Shown here: positions 38,340 through 47,305 of the stretch, piece after piece
Numbering within the stretch: position 1 is the first letter of the stretch
How the letters are laid out: each line of letters starts with the position of its first letter
Origin: Dehalococcoidia bacterium
GTDB taxonomy: Bacteria > Chloroflexota > Dehalococcoidia > UBA2979
Direction: 5' to 3'
Length of the DNA stretch: 64,000 nucleotides
Assembly: GCA_963667465.2 (NCBI GenBank)
Contig: CAXXDN010000002.1
Coordinates: 128,001-192,000, forward strand
Translations under genes and position numbers: made by a program
The notes under the pieces: model-generated
Told to the model about the DNA's origin: nothing
Seen by the model: the letters and a program-made list of their open reading frames with translations, nothing else
Database searches by the model: none

Positions 38340-39269
38340 CTACTCCAACGGTGCAGCCCCGCGCTCGGTGACGAGGCGCAGGAAGGCGGCGACGCGGGCA
38401 TCGTCCGGCGCCTGCGCGCGACGGACGGCGATCAATGTGCGCTCGGCGACGAGCTCGCGCCGCTGCGGCCGCAGCGAGGGCGTCCCCGCCTCGGCGATCT
38501 CGGCGGGCAGCACGCTCCAGCAGAGGCCGAGGACGACCATCTGGCGCAGTACAGCCGGGTTGTCGCTCTCCAGCGTCACGCGCGGGCGGAGGCCGCGCAG
38601 CGCCAGGCCCTCGTCGATCAGCAGCCGCGTGCGCCGACCCTGCGGGTAGAGCGCCCAGTCTCCCTGCTCCGGCGTTTCCTCCGAGCCCGGCGGCGCGTAG
38701 ACGTAGAGCGGCTCGCTCAGCACCTCCGTGGAGCGGTAGCCCTCGGGCGGCGGCCCGACGACGAAGGCGACGTCCAGTTCGAAACGCGCGAGGCGTTCGA
38801 GGAGCACGGCGCTGCGGTCCACGGCGAGGCGCACATCCACGCCGGGGCTGGCGAGACGGAACGCGCGCACCGTCTCCGGCAACACGTAGAGGCTCGCCGC
38901 GTCGATCATCCCGACGCGCAGCACGCCCGCGCTCCCTGCCTCCAGCTCCTGCAGCCACTCGCGCAGCTCGGCCGCGCGGCCCAGCACCTCCGAGGCGAAG
39001 CGGGCGACCTCGGCGCCCGCCTCTGTCAGCCGCCTGCGCCGCCCTGCGCGCTCCAGTAGCTGCGTGCCGAGCCGCCGCTCCAGCTGCGCGATCGACTGCG
39101 AGAGCGCGGGCTGGCTGACGCCGAGCCGTCGCGCCGCCTCCGTCAGTGAGCCCCAGCGCTCCACGGCCTGGAGGTAGGCGAGCTGCTGCATGTGCAGGTT
39201 GAGTGGGGCGGCCTCGATGGCTTCGGGCGCCTCGACGCCGTCAGGGGCAGCGGTGCGGAGCGTGGTCAT
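38340..39269 (-). CDS. LysR family transcriptional regulator
   Basis: GSLTEAARRLGVSQPALSQSI.QLE..LG..L.ER, LTEAG. Confidence 0.93.
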   Translation of the reverse strand: MTTLRTAAPDGVEAPEAIEAAPLNLHMQQLAYLQAVERWGSLTEAARRLGVSQPALSQSIAQLERRLGTQLLERAGRRRRLTEAGAEVARFASEVLGRAAELREWLQELEAGSAGVLRVGMIDAASLYVLPETVRAFRLASPGVDVRLAVDRSAVLLERLARFELDVAFVVGPPPEGYRSTEVLSEPLYVYAPPGSEETPEQGDWALYPQGRRTRLLIDEGLALRGLRPRVTLESDNPAVLRQMVVLGLCWSVLPAEIAEAGTPSLRPQRRELVAERTLIAVRRAQAPDDARVAAFLRLVTERGAAPLE

Positions 39270-39282
39270 GAGCGGAGTATAG

Positions 39283-39297
39283 ATAAGTGTTACTTAT
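39283..39297. promoter_or_regulatory. Candidate LysR binding box (T-N11-A)
   Basis: Palindrome ATAAGT-gtt-ACTTAT between the divergent lysR and ino1. Confidence 0.65.
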
Positions 39298-39403
39298 GCG
39301 TCACGTCTGAAAGTCGTATTGGAGTAATGAAAGCGGCGTCTCTATCGTAGTCGGGACGGCCGAGCCGCGCGCCCGCGCGAACCGGCGCGAACGGAGGTGT
39401 GCG

Positions 39404-40495
39404 ATGGGCGAGCCGATCAACGTAGCGATCGTCGGCGTGGGGAACTGCGCTTCCTCGCTGGTGCAGGGCGTCGAGTTCTACCGCGACGCGAGCGAGGATG
39501 AGACGATCCCGGGGCTGATGCATCCGCAGCTCGGCGACTACCACATCCGCGACATCCGCTTCAGCGCCGCCTTCGACGTCGACGCCAACAAGGTCGGCCA
39601 GGACATCGCCGACGCGATCTACGCGCCGCCGAACAACACCTTCCGCTTCGCCGACGTGCCGGCCACGGGCGTCACGGTCGACCGCGGCATGACGCACGAC
39701 GGCCTCGGCAAGTACCTCTCCGAGGTGATCGACAAGGCGCCGGGCGCGACCGCCGACATCGCCGGCATCCTGCGCGCGACCAACACCCACGTCGTCGTCA
39801 ACTACCTCCCTGTGGGCTCCGAGGAAGCGACGAAGTGGTACGTGGAGCAGGTGCTGGCGGCCGGCTGTGCCTTCATCAACTGCATCCCCGTCTTCATCGC
39901 CAAGGAGGGCCACTTCCAGCAGCGCTTCATCGACGCGGGGCTGCCCGTGATCGGTGACGACATCAAGTCGCAGGTCGGCGCGACGATCCTGCACCGCCTG
40001 CTGGCGCGGCTCTTCCTGGACCGCGGCGTGCGCGTGGACCGCACCTACCAGCTCAACTTCGGCGGCAACACGGACTTCCTCAACATGCTCGAGCGCGAGC
40101 GGCTGGAGTCCAAGAAGATCTCGAAGACCAACGCCGTCACCTCGCAGATCGACTACGAGCTGCCGGGCGCCGACGTGCACGTCGGGCCGTCCGACCACGT
40201 GCCGTGGCTGGACGACCGCAAGTGGTGCCACATCCGCATGGAGGGCACGACGTTTGGCAACGTCCCGCTCAACCTCGAGTGCAAGCTCGAGGTCTGGGAC
40301 AGCCCCAACTCCGCAGGCGTGGTAATCGACGCGATCCGCTGCGCGAAGATCGCGCTCGACCGTGGCATCGGCGGTCCGCTGCTGGCTCCCTCGGCCTACT
40401 TCATGAAGTCGCCGCCCGAGCAGTGGGTCGACCACGTCGCGCGCGAGCGCCTCGAGGAGTTCATCGCCGAGGAGGCGGAGACGGCCGCCGGGTAG
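39404..40495 (+). CDS. ino1: myo-inositol-1-phosphate synthase
   Basis: [50 protein letters not shown]. Confidence 0.96.
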   Translation: MGEPINVAIVGVGNCASSLVQGVEFYRDASEDETIPGLMHPQLGDYHIRDIRFSAAFDVDANKVGQDIADAIYAPPNNTFRFADVPATGVTVDRGMTHDGLGKYLSEVIDKAPGATADIAGILRATNTHVVVNYLPVGSEEATKWYVEQVLAAGCAFINCIPVFIAKEGHFQQRFIDAGLPVIGDDIKSQVGATILHRLLARLFLDRGVRVDRTYQLNFGGNTDFLNMLERERLESKKISKTNAVTSQIDYELPGADVHVGPSDHVPWLDDRKWCHIRMEGTTFGNVPLNLECKLEVWDSPNSAGVVIDAIRCAKIALDRGIGGPLLAPSAYFMKSPPEQWVDHVARERLEEFIAEEAETAAG

Positions 40496-40540
40496 CGCGC
40501 TGGCCCCCGGCGCGCGGTCCGCGGCGTAGACTGCGCGCCG

Positions 40541-41419
40541 ATGGCGATCTACTGGGCCTTCCGGCTGGCAGCTCTGTGGGTGCGCGTGTTCCCCCTGCGT
40601 GCCTCGTACGCGGTGGCGCGATTCGGCGGGCTGTGCGTCTTCTTCCTCTGGCGCGGCGGCCGGCGGCGCTGTATCGCCAACATGCGCCGTGTCGCCGGGG
40701 GCGACGAAGCGCGCGCGCGACGGCTGGCGCGCCGCTCCTTCGGCTACTACGGCCTCTACATCGTCGACTTCCTGCGCCTCACCGACGTTTCCGCCCAGGA
40801 GGTCCGGCGGCGCGTCATCTTCGACGAATGGCAGCAGCTCGACGAGGCGCGCGCCGGCCGCGGCGTGCTCTTCGTCACCATCCACTTCGGCAACTGGGAC
40901 CTCGGTGCGGCCTCGATGACCGAGCGCGGCTACCCCGTCTCGGTCATCGCCGACGCGTTCGCCGAGCCACGGCTGCACGAGCTCGTGTTCTCCTCGCGGC
41001 GGCGAATCGGGCTGCGAATCTTGCCCGCCGGACACCTCAGCCTGCGGCTGGTGCGCGCGCTTCGCCACAATGAGATCGTCGGCGTGCTGGCCGACGTGCC
41101 GCAGCCCGAGGGTGGCACCGAGGTCGACTTCTTCGGCGGGAAGATCGCGGTGCCGGACGGCGCGGCGCGGCTGGCGCTGCGCACCGGGGCCAGCGTGGTC
41201 GCGGCCACCGTGCCGCGGCTCGGGCCGTGGAGCGACCAGTTCACGGGCGACTTCAAGCTCGTCGAGTGCGAGCGCACCGGCGATCGCGAGCGTGACGTGC
41301 ACTCACTGACCCAGGCGATGTTCCGCGTCTTCGAGGAGATGGTGCGCGCGCGGCCGGAACAGTGGTACATCTTCCGCCCGCTCTGGCCGGAGGACGCGGT
41401 GGCGGAGGCGGCAGGCTAG
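40541..41419 (+). CDS. PatA/LpxL-like acyltransferase 1
   Basis: HFGNWD (Hx4D), LAD, V.FFG....PDGAARLALRTGA, PEQWY. Confidence 0.88.
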   Translation: MAIYWAFRLAALWVRVFPLRASYAVARFGGLCVFFLWRGGRRRCIANMRRVAGGDEARARRLARRSFGYYGLYIVDFLRLTDVSAQEVRRRVIFDEWQQLDEARAGRGVLFVTIHFGNWDLGAASMTERGYPVSVIADAFAEPRLHELVFSSRRRIGLRILPAGHLSLRLVRALRHNEIVGVLADVPQPEGGTEVDFFGGKIAVPDGAARLALRTGASVVAATVPRLGPWSDQFTGDFKLVECERTGDRERDVHSLTQAMFRVFEEMVRARPEQWYIFRPLWPEDAVAEAAG

Positions 41420-41422
41420 CCC

Positions 41423-42316
41423 GTGCCTGGCTTCATCCTGCTCTGGTGCTGGGTGCGCCTCTTCGGACGGCTGCCCCGGCGAGCGCTTTACCTCATCACG
41501 GACCTCGGCGCGACGCTGGCCTGGTACGGCTCGCCCCGCCTGCGGGCCGTCACCCGAGCGCACATGCGCCGCGCCTGCGCGCCCGGGGCGACGCCTCGCG
41601 AGCGCACCCGCGCCGCCCGCGGCTGCCTGCGCACCGCCTACCGCTACTGGGCCGATCTCGCCTGGGCGGCGCACCGCCCGCCGGAGCGGGCGGTCGACCG
41701 CGTCGAGGTGATCGACGGCGTCGAGCACTTCTTCAACGCACACGACCGCGGTTGCGGTGTCGTCTTCGTCTCCGCGCACCTCGGCAGCCCGGAGCACATG
41801 ATCCGCACCGTCGGGGCGATGGGCATCGACGTGGTGGTGCTGACGGAGCCGCTCTCGCCGCCCGCGCTGCATCGCCTCGTACACGAGGTGCGAGCGGCGC
41901 CGGGCGTGCACTTCGTGCCGGCGGACATGCGCGGCGTGCGCGCGACGATCGAGCAGCTGCGCCGTGGCGGGGCAGTCGCCATCCTCGCTGATCGCGACGT
42001 GCTCGGCAGCGGACAGCCTCAGCCGTTCTTCGGCGAGCCGGCGCGCCTGCCCCGAGGTCCGATCGAGCTCGCGCTGCGCGCCAACGCCGACGTCGTCGTC
42101 GGCTTCGTGCGGAACACGGAACGCGGCGGCGTGCACATCAGCATCGATCCGCCGCTCGCGCTGCCGCGCAGCGGGGACCGCGAGGCGGACGCGGCCGCGG
42201 GCATGGACCTGATGCTGCGCGCGCTGGAGCGCGGCATCCGCCAGTCCCCCGACCAGTGGTTCGCGCTGCATCCTGTCTGGGACCGGGACGCCGGGGAGGC
42301 CGGCGCCTCCTCGTAG
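41423..42316 (+). CDS. PatA/LpxL-like acyltransferase 2
   Basis: HLGSPE (Hx4E), LADRD, FFGE.A.LP.GP..LA, PDQWF. Confidence 0.85.
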   Translation: MPGFILLWCWVRLFGRLPRRALYLITDLGATLAWYGSPRLRAVTRAHMRRACAPGATPRERTRAARGCLRTAYRYWADLAWAAHRPPERAVDRVEVIDGVEHFFNAHDRGCGVVFVSAHLGSPEHMIRTVGAMGIDVVVLTEPLSPPALHRLVHEVRAAPGVHFVPADMRGVRATIEQLRRGGAVAILADRDVLGSGQPQPFFGEPARLPRGPIELALRANADVVVGFVRNTERGGVHISIDPPLALPRSGDREADAAAGMDLMLRALERGIRQSPDQWFALHPVWDRDAGEAGASS

Positions 42317-42345
42317 CCACCGCTTGATCTGCGTACAATGCCGCC

Positions 42346-43125
42346 ATGACCGACGACGCCCCCTCGGTCACCCGCTTCGGTCAGGCCGATCTCCAGATCC
42401 ACACGGCGCACGGCGACGGCATGGCGGACGCGCGCGCGCTGCTCGACCACGTCGAGCAGTACACGGACCTCGACGTCCTCGCGGTTACCGACCACGACGA
42501 CGTGGAGGGCGCGCTGAAGGCGCGCGAGCTGCACGCGCAGGGCAACTACCGTTTCGAGTTCGTGCCCGGCATCGAGCTGACCACCCGCTCCGGCCACCTG
42601 CTCGCGCTCTGGGTCGACGAGCCGCTGCCGACGCTGCGGCCCCTCGAGGAGTCCGTGGCGGCCGTACACCGGGCGGGCGGGCTGGCGGTCGCGCCGCATC
42701 CGTTCTCCTGGCTGACGCGCTCAATCGGGCAGCGCGCACTGGAGCGGGTGCTGGCCAGCGAGGACGCCGCCGTCCACCCGGACGGCATCGAGGTTGCGAA
42801 CCCCAGCCTCGCCGGCCGCGTGACGGGCGCGAAGGCGCGGCGCCTCAACGCCGAGCGCTACGGCCTGGCGGAGACCGGCGGCAGCGACGCACACTTCCTG
42901 GAGCACGTCGGCAGCGCGACGACGCAGTTCAAGGGCCGAACGGCTGCCGAACTGCGTGCCGCGATCGAGCAGCGGCGCTGCTCGGGAGTCACGCACGGCG
43001 CGCCCGGACTGCGCACGATCGGCGTGCGGCGGCTGGCGGAGCAGCAGGTGCGCGGGCTCGCCGTCACGCCGCGCAAGGTCGTGGGCGAGCGCTGGCGGCG
43101 GCTGCGGGAGGTGGCGCGACGATGA
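42346..43125 (+). CDS. PHP-domain metal-dependent phosphoesterase
   Basis: DLQIHT..GDG, AVTDHD, GIE, GHLL, PHPF, GGSDAH. Confidence 0.9.
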   Translation: MTDDAPSVTRFGQADLQIHTAHGDGMADARALLDHVEQYTDLDVLAVTDHDDVEGALKARELHAQGNYRFEFVPGIELTTRSGHLLALWVDEPLPTLRPLEESVAAVHRAGGLAVAPHPFSWLTRSIGQRALERVLASEDAAVHPDGIEVANPSLAGRVTGAKARRLNAERYGLAETGGSDAHFLEHVGSATTQFKGRTAAELRAAIEQRRCSGVTHGAPGLRTIGVRRLAEQQVRGLAVTPRKVVGERWRRLREVARR

Positions 43126-44294
43126 AGATAGCGCTCGTCTCCCCCTACGACTGGGTCACCCCCGGCGGGGTCAACAAGCACATCGAGCAGCTCTCGGCGC
43201 GCTTCGAGGACTACGGCCACGAGCCGGTCATTCTCGCTCCTGCCAGCGTCCCGGTGGACGACCCGCGCGTCCGCGTGATCGGCCGCCCCACGCCCGTGCC
43301 CGCCTCGGGCTCGATGGCGCGCATCGCCCTGTCGCCCCGGCTGGGCCGGCGCGTGCGCAGCGTCCTCGAGGAGGAAGCGTTCGACGTGGTCCACGTGCAC
43401 GAGCCGCTGATGCCGACGCTGCCGATCCAGGTGCTGCGCAACTCGCGCGCGGCGAACCCGGACGTCGTCAACGTCGGCACCTTCCACGCCACGAAGGACG
43501 GCGGCAACCGCCTCTACTCCTACGGCCGCCGGTTGCTTAAGCGCTGGTACCGCGAGCTGGACGGCAAGATCACCGTCTCCCCGCCCGCCGGGCGCTACGT
43601 CGGTCGCTACTTCCCCGGCTTCTACAACGTCATCCCCAACGGCATCGAGGTGGCCCGCTTCGCCGACCCGACGCTGGAACCGATTCCCGGCCTCGACGAC
43701 GGGCTGGTCAACATCCTCTACGTCGGGCGCGCCGAGAAGCGGAAAGGGCTCGCGCACCTGCTGCGCGCCTTCGGCATCGTCAACGCGCGCGATCCGGCCA
43801 CCCGCCTGATCGTCGTCGGGCCCGACTCGCGAGGAAAGCGCCGCTACCGCGCCTCGATGGAGCGCACCGGGCGCCGCGGCATCCTCTTCGTCGACGACGT
43901 GTCGGACGAGGATCTGCCGCGCTACTACCGCAGCGCCGACATCTTCTGCTCGCCGGCGACGGGCCACGAGTCGCAGGGCTACGTGCTGCTGGAGGCGCTC
44001 TCCTCGGGTGTCCCGATCGTCGCCTCGAACATCGACGGCTACGCCTCGGTCGTCACGGACGAGGTCGAGGGCCTGCTCGTGCGGCCACGCGATCCGATGT
44101 CGCTGGCGGACGGACTGACGCGGCTGGTGCGCAGCCGCGAGCTGCGCGTGGAGCTGGTCAAGGCGGGCCGCCAGCGCGTCGAGACCTACTCCTGGCCGCG
44201 CGTTACCCGCCGGGTACTCTCCTACTACGAGCGACTGCGCTACGATCGCGCGACCCACACTCGCGCGGTGCAAGCCGCCGCGCGGCTCGACTAG
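43122..44294 (+). CDS. GT4 glycosyltransferase, PimA-like phosphatidylinositol mannosyltransferase
   Basis: VSPYD...PGGV..H, HVHEP..P, GTFH, IPNG, RKG, ESQGYVLLEA. Confidence 0.85.
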   Translation: MKIALVSPYDWVTPGGVNKHIEQLSARFEDYGHEPVILAPASVPVDDPRVRVIGRPTPVPASGSMARIALSPRLGRRVRSVLEEEAFDVVHVHEPLMPTLPIQVLRNSRAANPDVVNVGTFHATKDGGNRLYSYGRRLLKRWYRELDGKITVSPPAGRYVGRYFPGFYNVIPNGIEVARFADPTLEPIPGLDDGLVNILYVGRAEKRKGLAHLLRAFGIVNARDPATRLIVVGPDSRGKRRYRASMERTGRRGILFVDDVSDEDLPRYYRSADIFCSPATGHESQGYVLLEALSSGVPIVASNIDGYASVVTDEVEGLLVRPRDPMSLADGLTRLVRSRELRVELVKAGRQRVETYSWPRVTRRVLSYYERLRYDRATHTRAVQAAARLD

Positions 44295-44319
44295 CGATCG
44301 CGGCAAGGAGCGCGCGGCG

Positions 44320-44931
44320 ATGACGATGATCCCGCGCCTTCTGCCCTCGCGCCTCCCCGCGGTGATCCTCGACCCGATCGTGCGCGTGCTGATCGCGCTG
44401 CGCATCACGCCGAACGTGATCACGGTCGTGGGCTTCCTCGGCGCCGTCGCGGCCGCCGCGCTGATCGCAAACGGCGAATTGCTGATCGGCGGCATCGCGC
44501 TGCTGATCGCCGGCGCGCTCGATCTGTTCGACGGCGCGCTGGCGCGCGCGACGGGGCGCGCCGGGCCGGTCGGCGCGCTGCTCGACTCCACGCTCGACCG
44601 CGCTTCGGAGGCGGTCGTGCTGTTCGGCGTGCTGCTCTATCAGCTCGACCGCGGGAACGACGAGCAGGCGGCGCTCGTCTTCGTCGCGCTTGCGGGCTCC
44701 TTCCTCGTCTCCTACGTACGCACCCGGGCGGGCGAACTCGGTTCCGAGGTTTCCGCGGGCCTGGCGACGCGGCCGGAGCGCGTGGTGCTGCTGGCGGTGG
44801 GGTTGATGACGGGCTGGCTGCGCCCGGTGCTGTGGATCCTCGCGGTCGCCACGGTGCTGACGGCGTTGCAACGGCTGGTAATCGCAATCGGCGCGCTGCG
44901 GCGCGCGGGGACGACGGAAGGCGGCGATTGA
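44320..44931 (+). CDS. CDP-alcohol phosphatidyltransferase (probable phosphatidylinositol-phosphate synthase)
   Basis: TPN.IT, DLFDGALAR..G....GA.LDS.LDR, VSYVR.RA, GL..RPER. Confidence 0.88.
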   Translation: MTMIPRLLPSRLPAVILDPIVRVLIALRITPNVITVVGFLGAVAAAALIANGELLIGGIALLIAGALDLFDGALARATGRAGPVGALLDSTLDRASEAVVLFGVLLYQLDRGNDEQAALVFVALAGSFLVSYVRTRAGELGSEVSAGLATRPERVVLLAVGLMTGWLRPVLWILAVATVLTALQRLVIAIGALRRAGTTEGGD

Positions 44932-44932
44932 G

Positions 44933-45765
44933 GTGGTAAGCAGCGAACAGGTGATCCCGCGCGAACAACGGCCCGCGATCGCGAACTACCTCTCGCAACG
45001 CCTCGCGGACCGGTTGCGATGGAGACCTGGACGCAGCGTGAGTCCACGCTCGTCCGCACGGATCGCGACCCCTGCATGTTCTGCGAGCCGGTCGCCAGCG
45101 CCGCGAGGCAGCTCGCCGCGCTGCACCCGCTGATCTCGATCACCCCCTACGACATCGACACGCACGCCGATCGCGCAGCCGAGGCCGGCATCGAGCGCCC
45201 GCCGGTGACCGTGCTGCGAGGTCGCAACGGCCGCGAGGTGCGCTTCGTCGGGCTCTGGTCCGGCCTGCTCTTCTCCTCCTTCATGGACGCGCTCGTCTAC
45301 GTCGGCGCGGGCGTCGCCCCGATCCAGCCCGAGACCCGCGAGGCGCTGCACGAGATCGAGGAGGAACTGCGCCTCGAGCTGCTGATCGCGCCCTACGACC
45401 CGTACTCCGCGTACACGCTGCGTGTCGCCTCCGCGTTCGCGGTCGAGGGGCGCCGAGTGCGCCTCGAGGCGATCGAGGTCTCCGAGTTCCCGCGGCTGGC
45501 GCAGGCCCGGATGGTGACCGAGCTGCCGCTGCTGGTCGTGAACGGCCGCCGCTTCACGGGCGCCTGGGACGAGCCCGACCTGCTCGAGCAGTTGAAGCGG
45601 GTCGTCGAGGGCAACGAAGAGCCGGTGGTGCGCGAGCGCATCCTCGTCTCGCCCTACATGGACGTGGAGCAGGCGCAGCAGTACGTCGCGCGCGAGCTGC
45701 AGGGCGAGGCCACCCCCGGCCAGCCGCCCACCACTCCGGGCGGCCTGATCATCCCCGGCCGCTAG
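44933..45765 (+). CDS. Thioredoxin-fold protein-disulfide oxidoreductase-like protein, with an apparent 1-nt frameshift near 45005
   Basis: The N-terminal helix (frame of 44933) and GPVAMETWTQRES..CMFC (frame of 45019) read as one two-Trx protein. The second CxxC position reads DPYS. Confidence 0.7.
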
Positions 45766-47290
45766 CCTGTCTTATCCGGACCACCGCGCGCCGCAGCGCG
45801 CTCGAAGGTCCCGCAGTTGCTGACGCGGATGCTACCTCGAAGGTGACACGTCCGGGGCCTGAGGCGACGAGGTAGATGTTGTCGTAATGGATGCGGCATC
45901 GGCTGCTCGTGTTGTCGGCGCGGTAGGTCCCCGGTGCGAGTTCGGAGGGGACGACGTAGACGCCGTCGCCGAAGGCTGTGAGTCGGTTCGGTGTGTGGGC
46001 TTCGAAGGTCCCGCAGTTGCTGGTGCTGACGCTGGACCATTCGGGTTGTACCTCGAAGGTGACGCGTCCGGGGCCTGAGGCGACGAGGTAGATGTTGTCG
46101 TAATGGATGCGGCATCGGCTGCTCGTGTCGTTGGCGCGGTAGGTCCCCGGTGCGAGTTCGGAGGGGACGACGTAGACGCCGTCGCCGAAGGCTGTGAGCT
46201 GAATCGGCGTGTGAGCTTCGAAGGTCCCGCAGTTGCTGGTGCTGACACTGGACCACTCGGCTCGTACCTCGAGGGTGACGCGTCCGGGGCCTGATGCGAC
46301 GAGGTAGATGTTGTCGTAATGGATGCGGCATCGGCTGCTCGTGTTGTCGGCGCGGTACGTTCCCGGCGCGAGTTCGGAAGGCACCAGGTAGACGCCGTCA
46401 CCGAAGGCTTCGGGAGGCGTAGCCGTTCGGGTGGGTGTGGGCGCAGCTGCCGCTGCGGGCGTTGCGGTCGGAGTGGGTACGGCCGTCGCGGTCGGAGTGG
46501 GTAGGGCCGTCGCCACCATCGTGGGCGTAACCGCCGGAGTGGGCGCGGCTGCTGTGTGCGTAGGCGAAGGAGTGGGCGTCGCTGCAGCTGTGGGCGTGGT
46601 TGTGGGCGGATCGGCGGTCGCTGCAGGCGAGGGCGTGTTGGTGCTCGCAGCTACAGGCGCCGGCGCTGCAGCCGGCTCCGGCCACAGGTGTGTTGCCTGC
46701 GGCGTAGGTGCTGGCGGAGCGGTTGTTGGTGCACGGGCTGGTGTTGCGGTTGGCGCGGTCGAGCGGCTGACGATCGGTGCTGGCGTCGATCGGCGCAGAG
46801 GCGTCGGCGTCGCAGTCCGAAACACCGCCGTGGCGCGCCTTGTGGCCGCTGGTGTCGAACTGTCGTCGGACTCTAGCTGTCCTGCGACGGCTATGCCGAC
46901 AATGCCGACGGCGAGGACTGCCAGCAGCAGAGTCCATGGTCCGATCCTGGATCGTGAGCGGCTCGGTGGCTGCTCAGCGCTCGCCTGTCGCCGTCCTGCT
47001 CCAGGTGGCCTCTGCGCCGATCGCGGTCCAGCTCCCGATGCGCCGCCGCGCGTTTCGGCACGTGGCCCTCCGGCCCGCCAGATATCGTACGCCTGCCGCT
47101 GCTCCGGGCTCGACAGGACCCGGAAGGCGGCGTTGAGCCGCACCATGCGCGCTGCATCGGGCTCCACAGTGCTGTCTGGGTGGTACTTGCGCGCGAGTCG
47201 CCTGTACGCGGCCTGGATGACCTCGGCCGAGGCGTTCGAGGAGACTTCGAGCTCCTCGTAGAGATCGGAGTCAGGAAAGCCCTCGTTCAT
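45749..47290 (-). CDS. DnaJ-domain membrane protein with PT-rich stalk and three 72-aa repeats
   Basis: DLYEEL.V...AS...I..AYRRLARKYHPD, LNAAF.VLS, one TM helix, repeats FGDGVY.VPSELAPGTYR. Confidence 0.88.
   Translation of the reverse strand: MNEGFPDSDLYEELEVSSNASAEVIQAAYRRLARKYHPDSTVEPDAARMVRLNAAFRVLSSPEQRQAYDIWRAGGPRAETRGGASGAGPRSAQRPPGAGRRQASAEQPPSRSRSRIGPWTLLLAVLAVGIVGIAVAGQLESDDSSTPAATRRATAVFRTATPTPLRRSTPAPIVSRSTAPTATPARAPTTAPPAPTPQATHLWPEPAAAPAPVAASTNTPSPAATADPPTTTPTAAATPTPSPTHTAAAPTPAVTPTMVATALPTPTATAVPTPTATPAAAAAPTPTRTATPPEAFGDGVYLVPSELAPGTYRADNTSSRCRIHYDNIYLVASGPGRVTLEVRAEWSSVSTSNCGTFEAHTPIQLTAFGDGVYVVPSELAPGTYRANDTSSRCRIHYDNIYLVASGPGRVTFEVQPEWSSVSTSNCGTFEAHTPNRLTAFGDGVYVVPSELAPGTYRADNTSSRCRIHYDNIYLVASGPGRVTFEVASASATAGPSSALRRAVVRIRQASGRG
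45800..46409 (-). repeat. Coding tandem repeat, 3 x 216 bp (last copy carries a deletion)
   Basis: GACGCCGTC recurs at 46391, 46175 and 45959. Confidence 0.92.
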
Positions 47291-47305
47291 CGCAGCGGCC
47301 GGCCG

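Noticed and set aside
1796-46409. Repeats as possible CRISPR arrays (17-bp, 108-bp and 216-bp units)
   Set aside because: No unique spacers, the two long repeats are in-frame coding repeats, and there are no cas genes.
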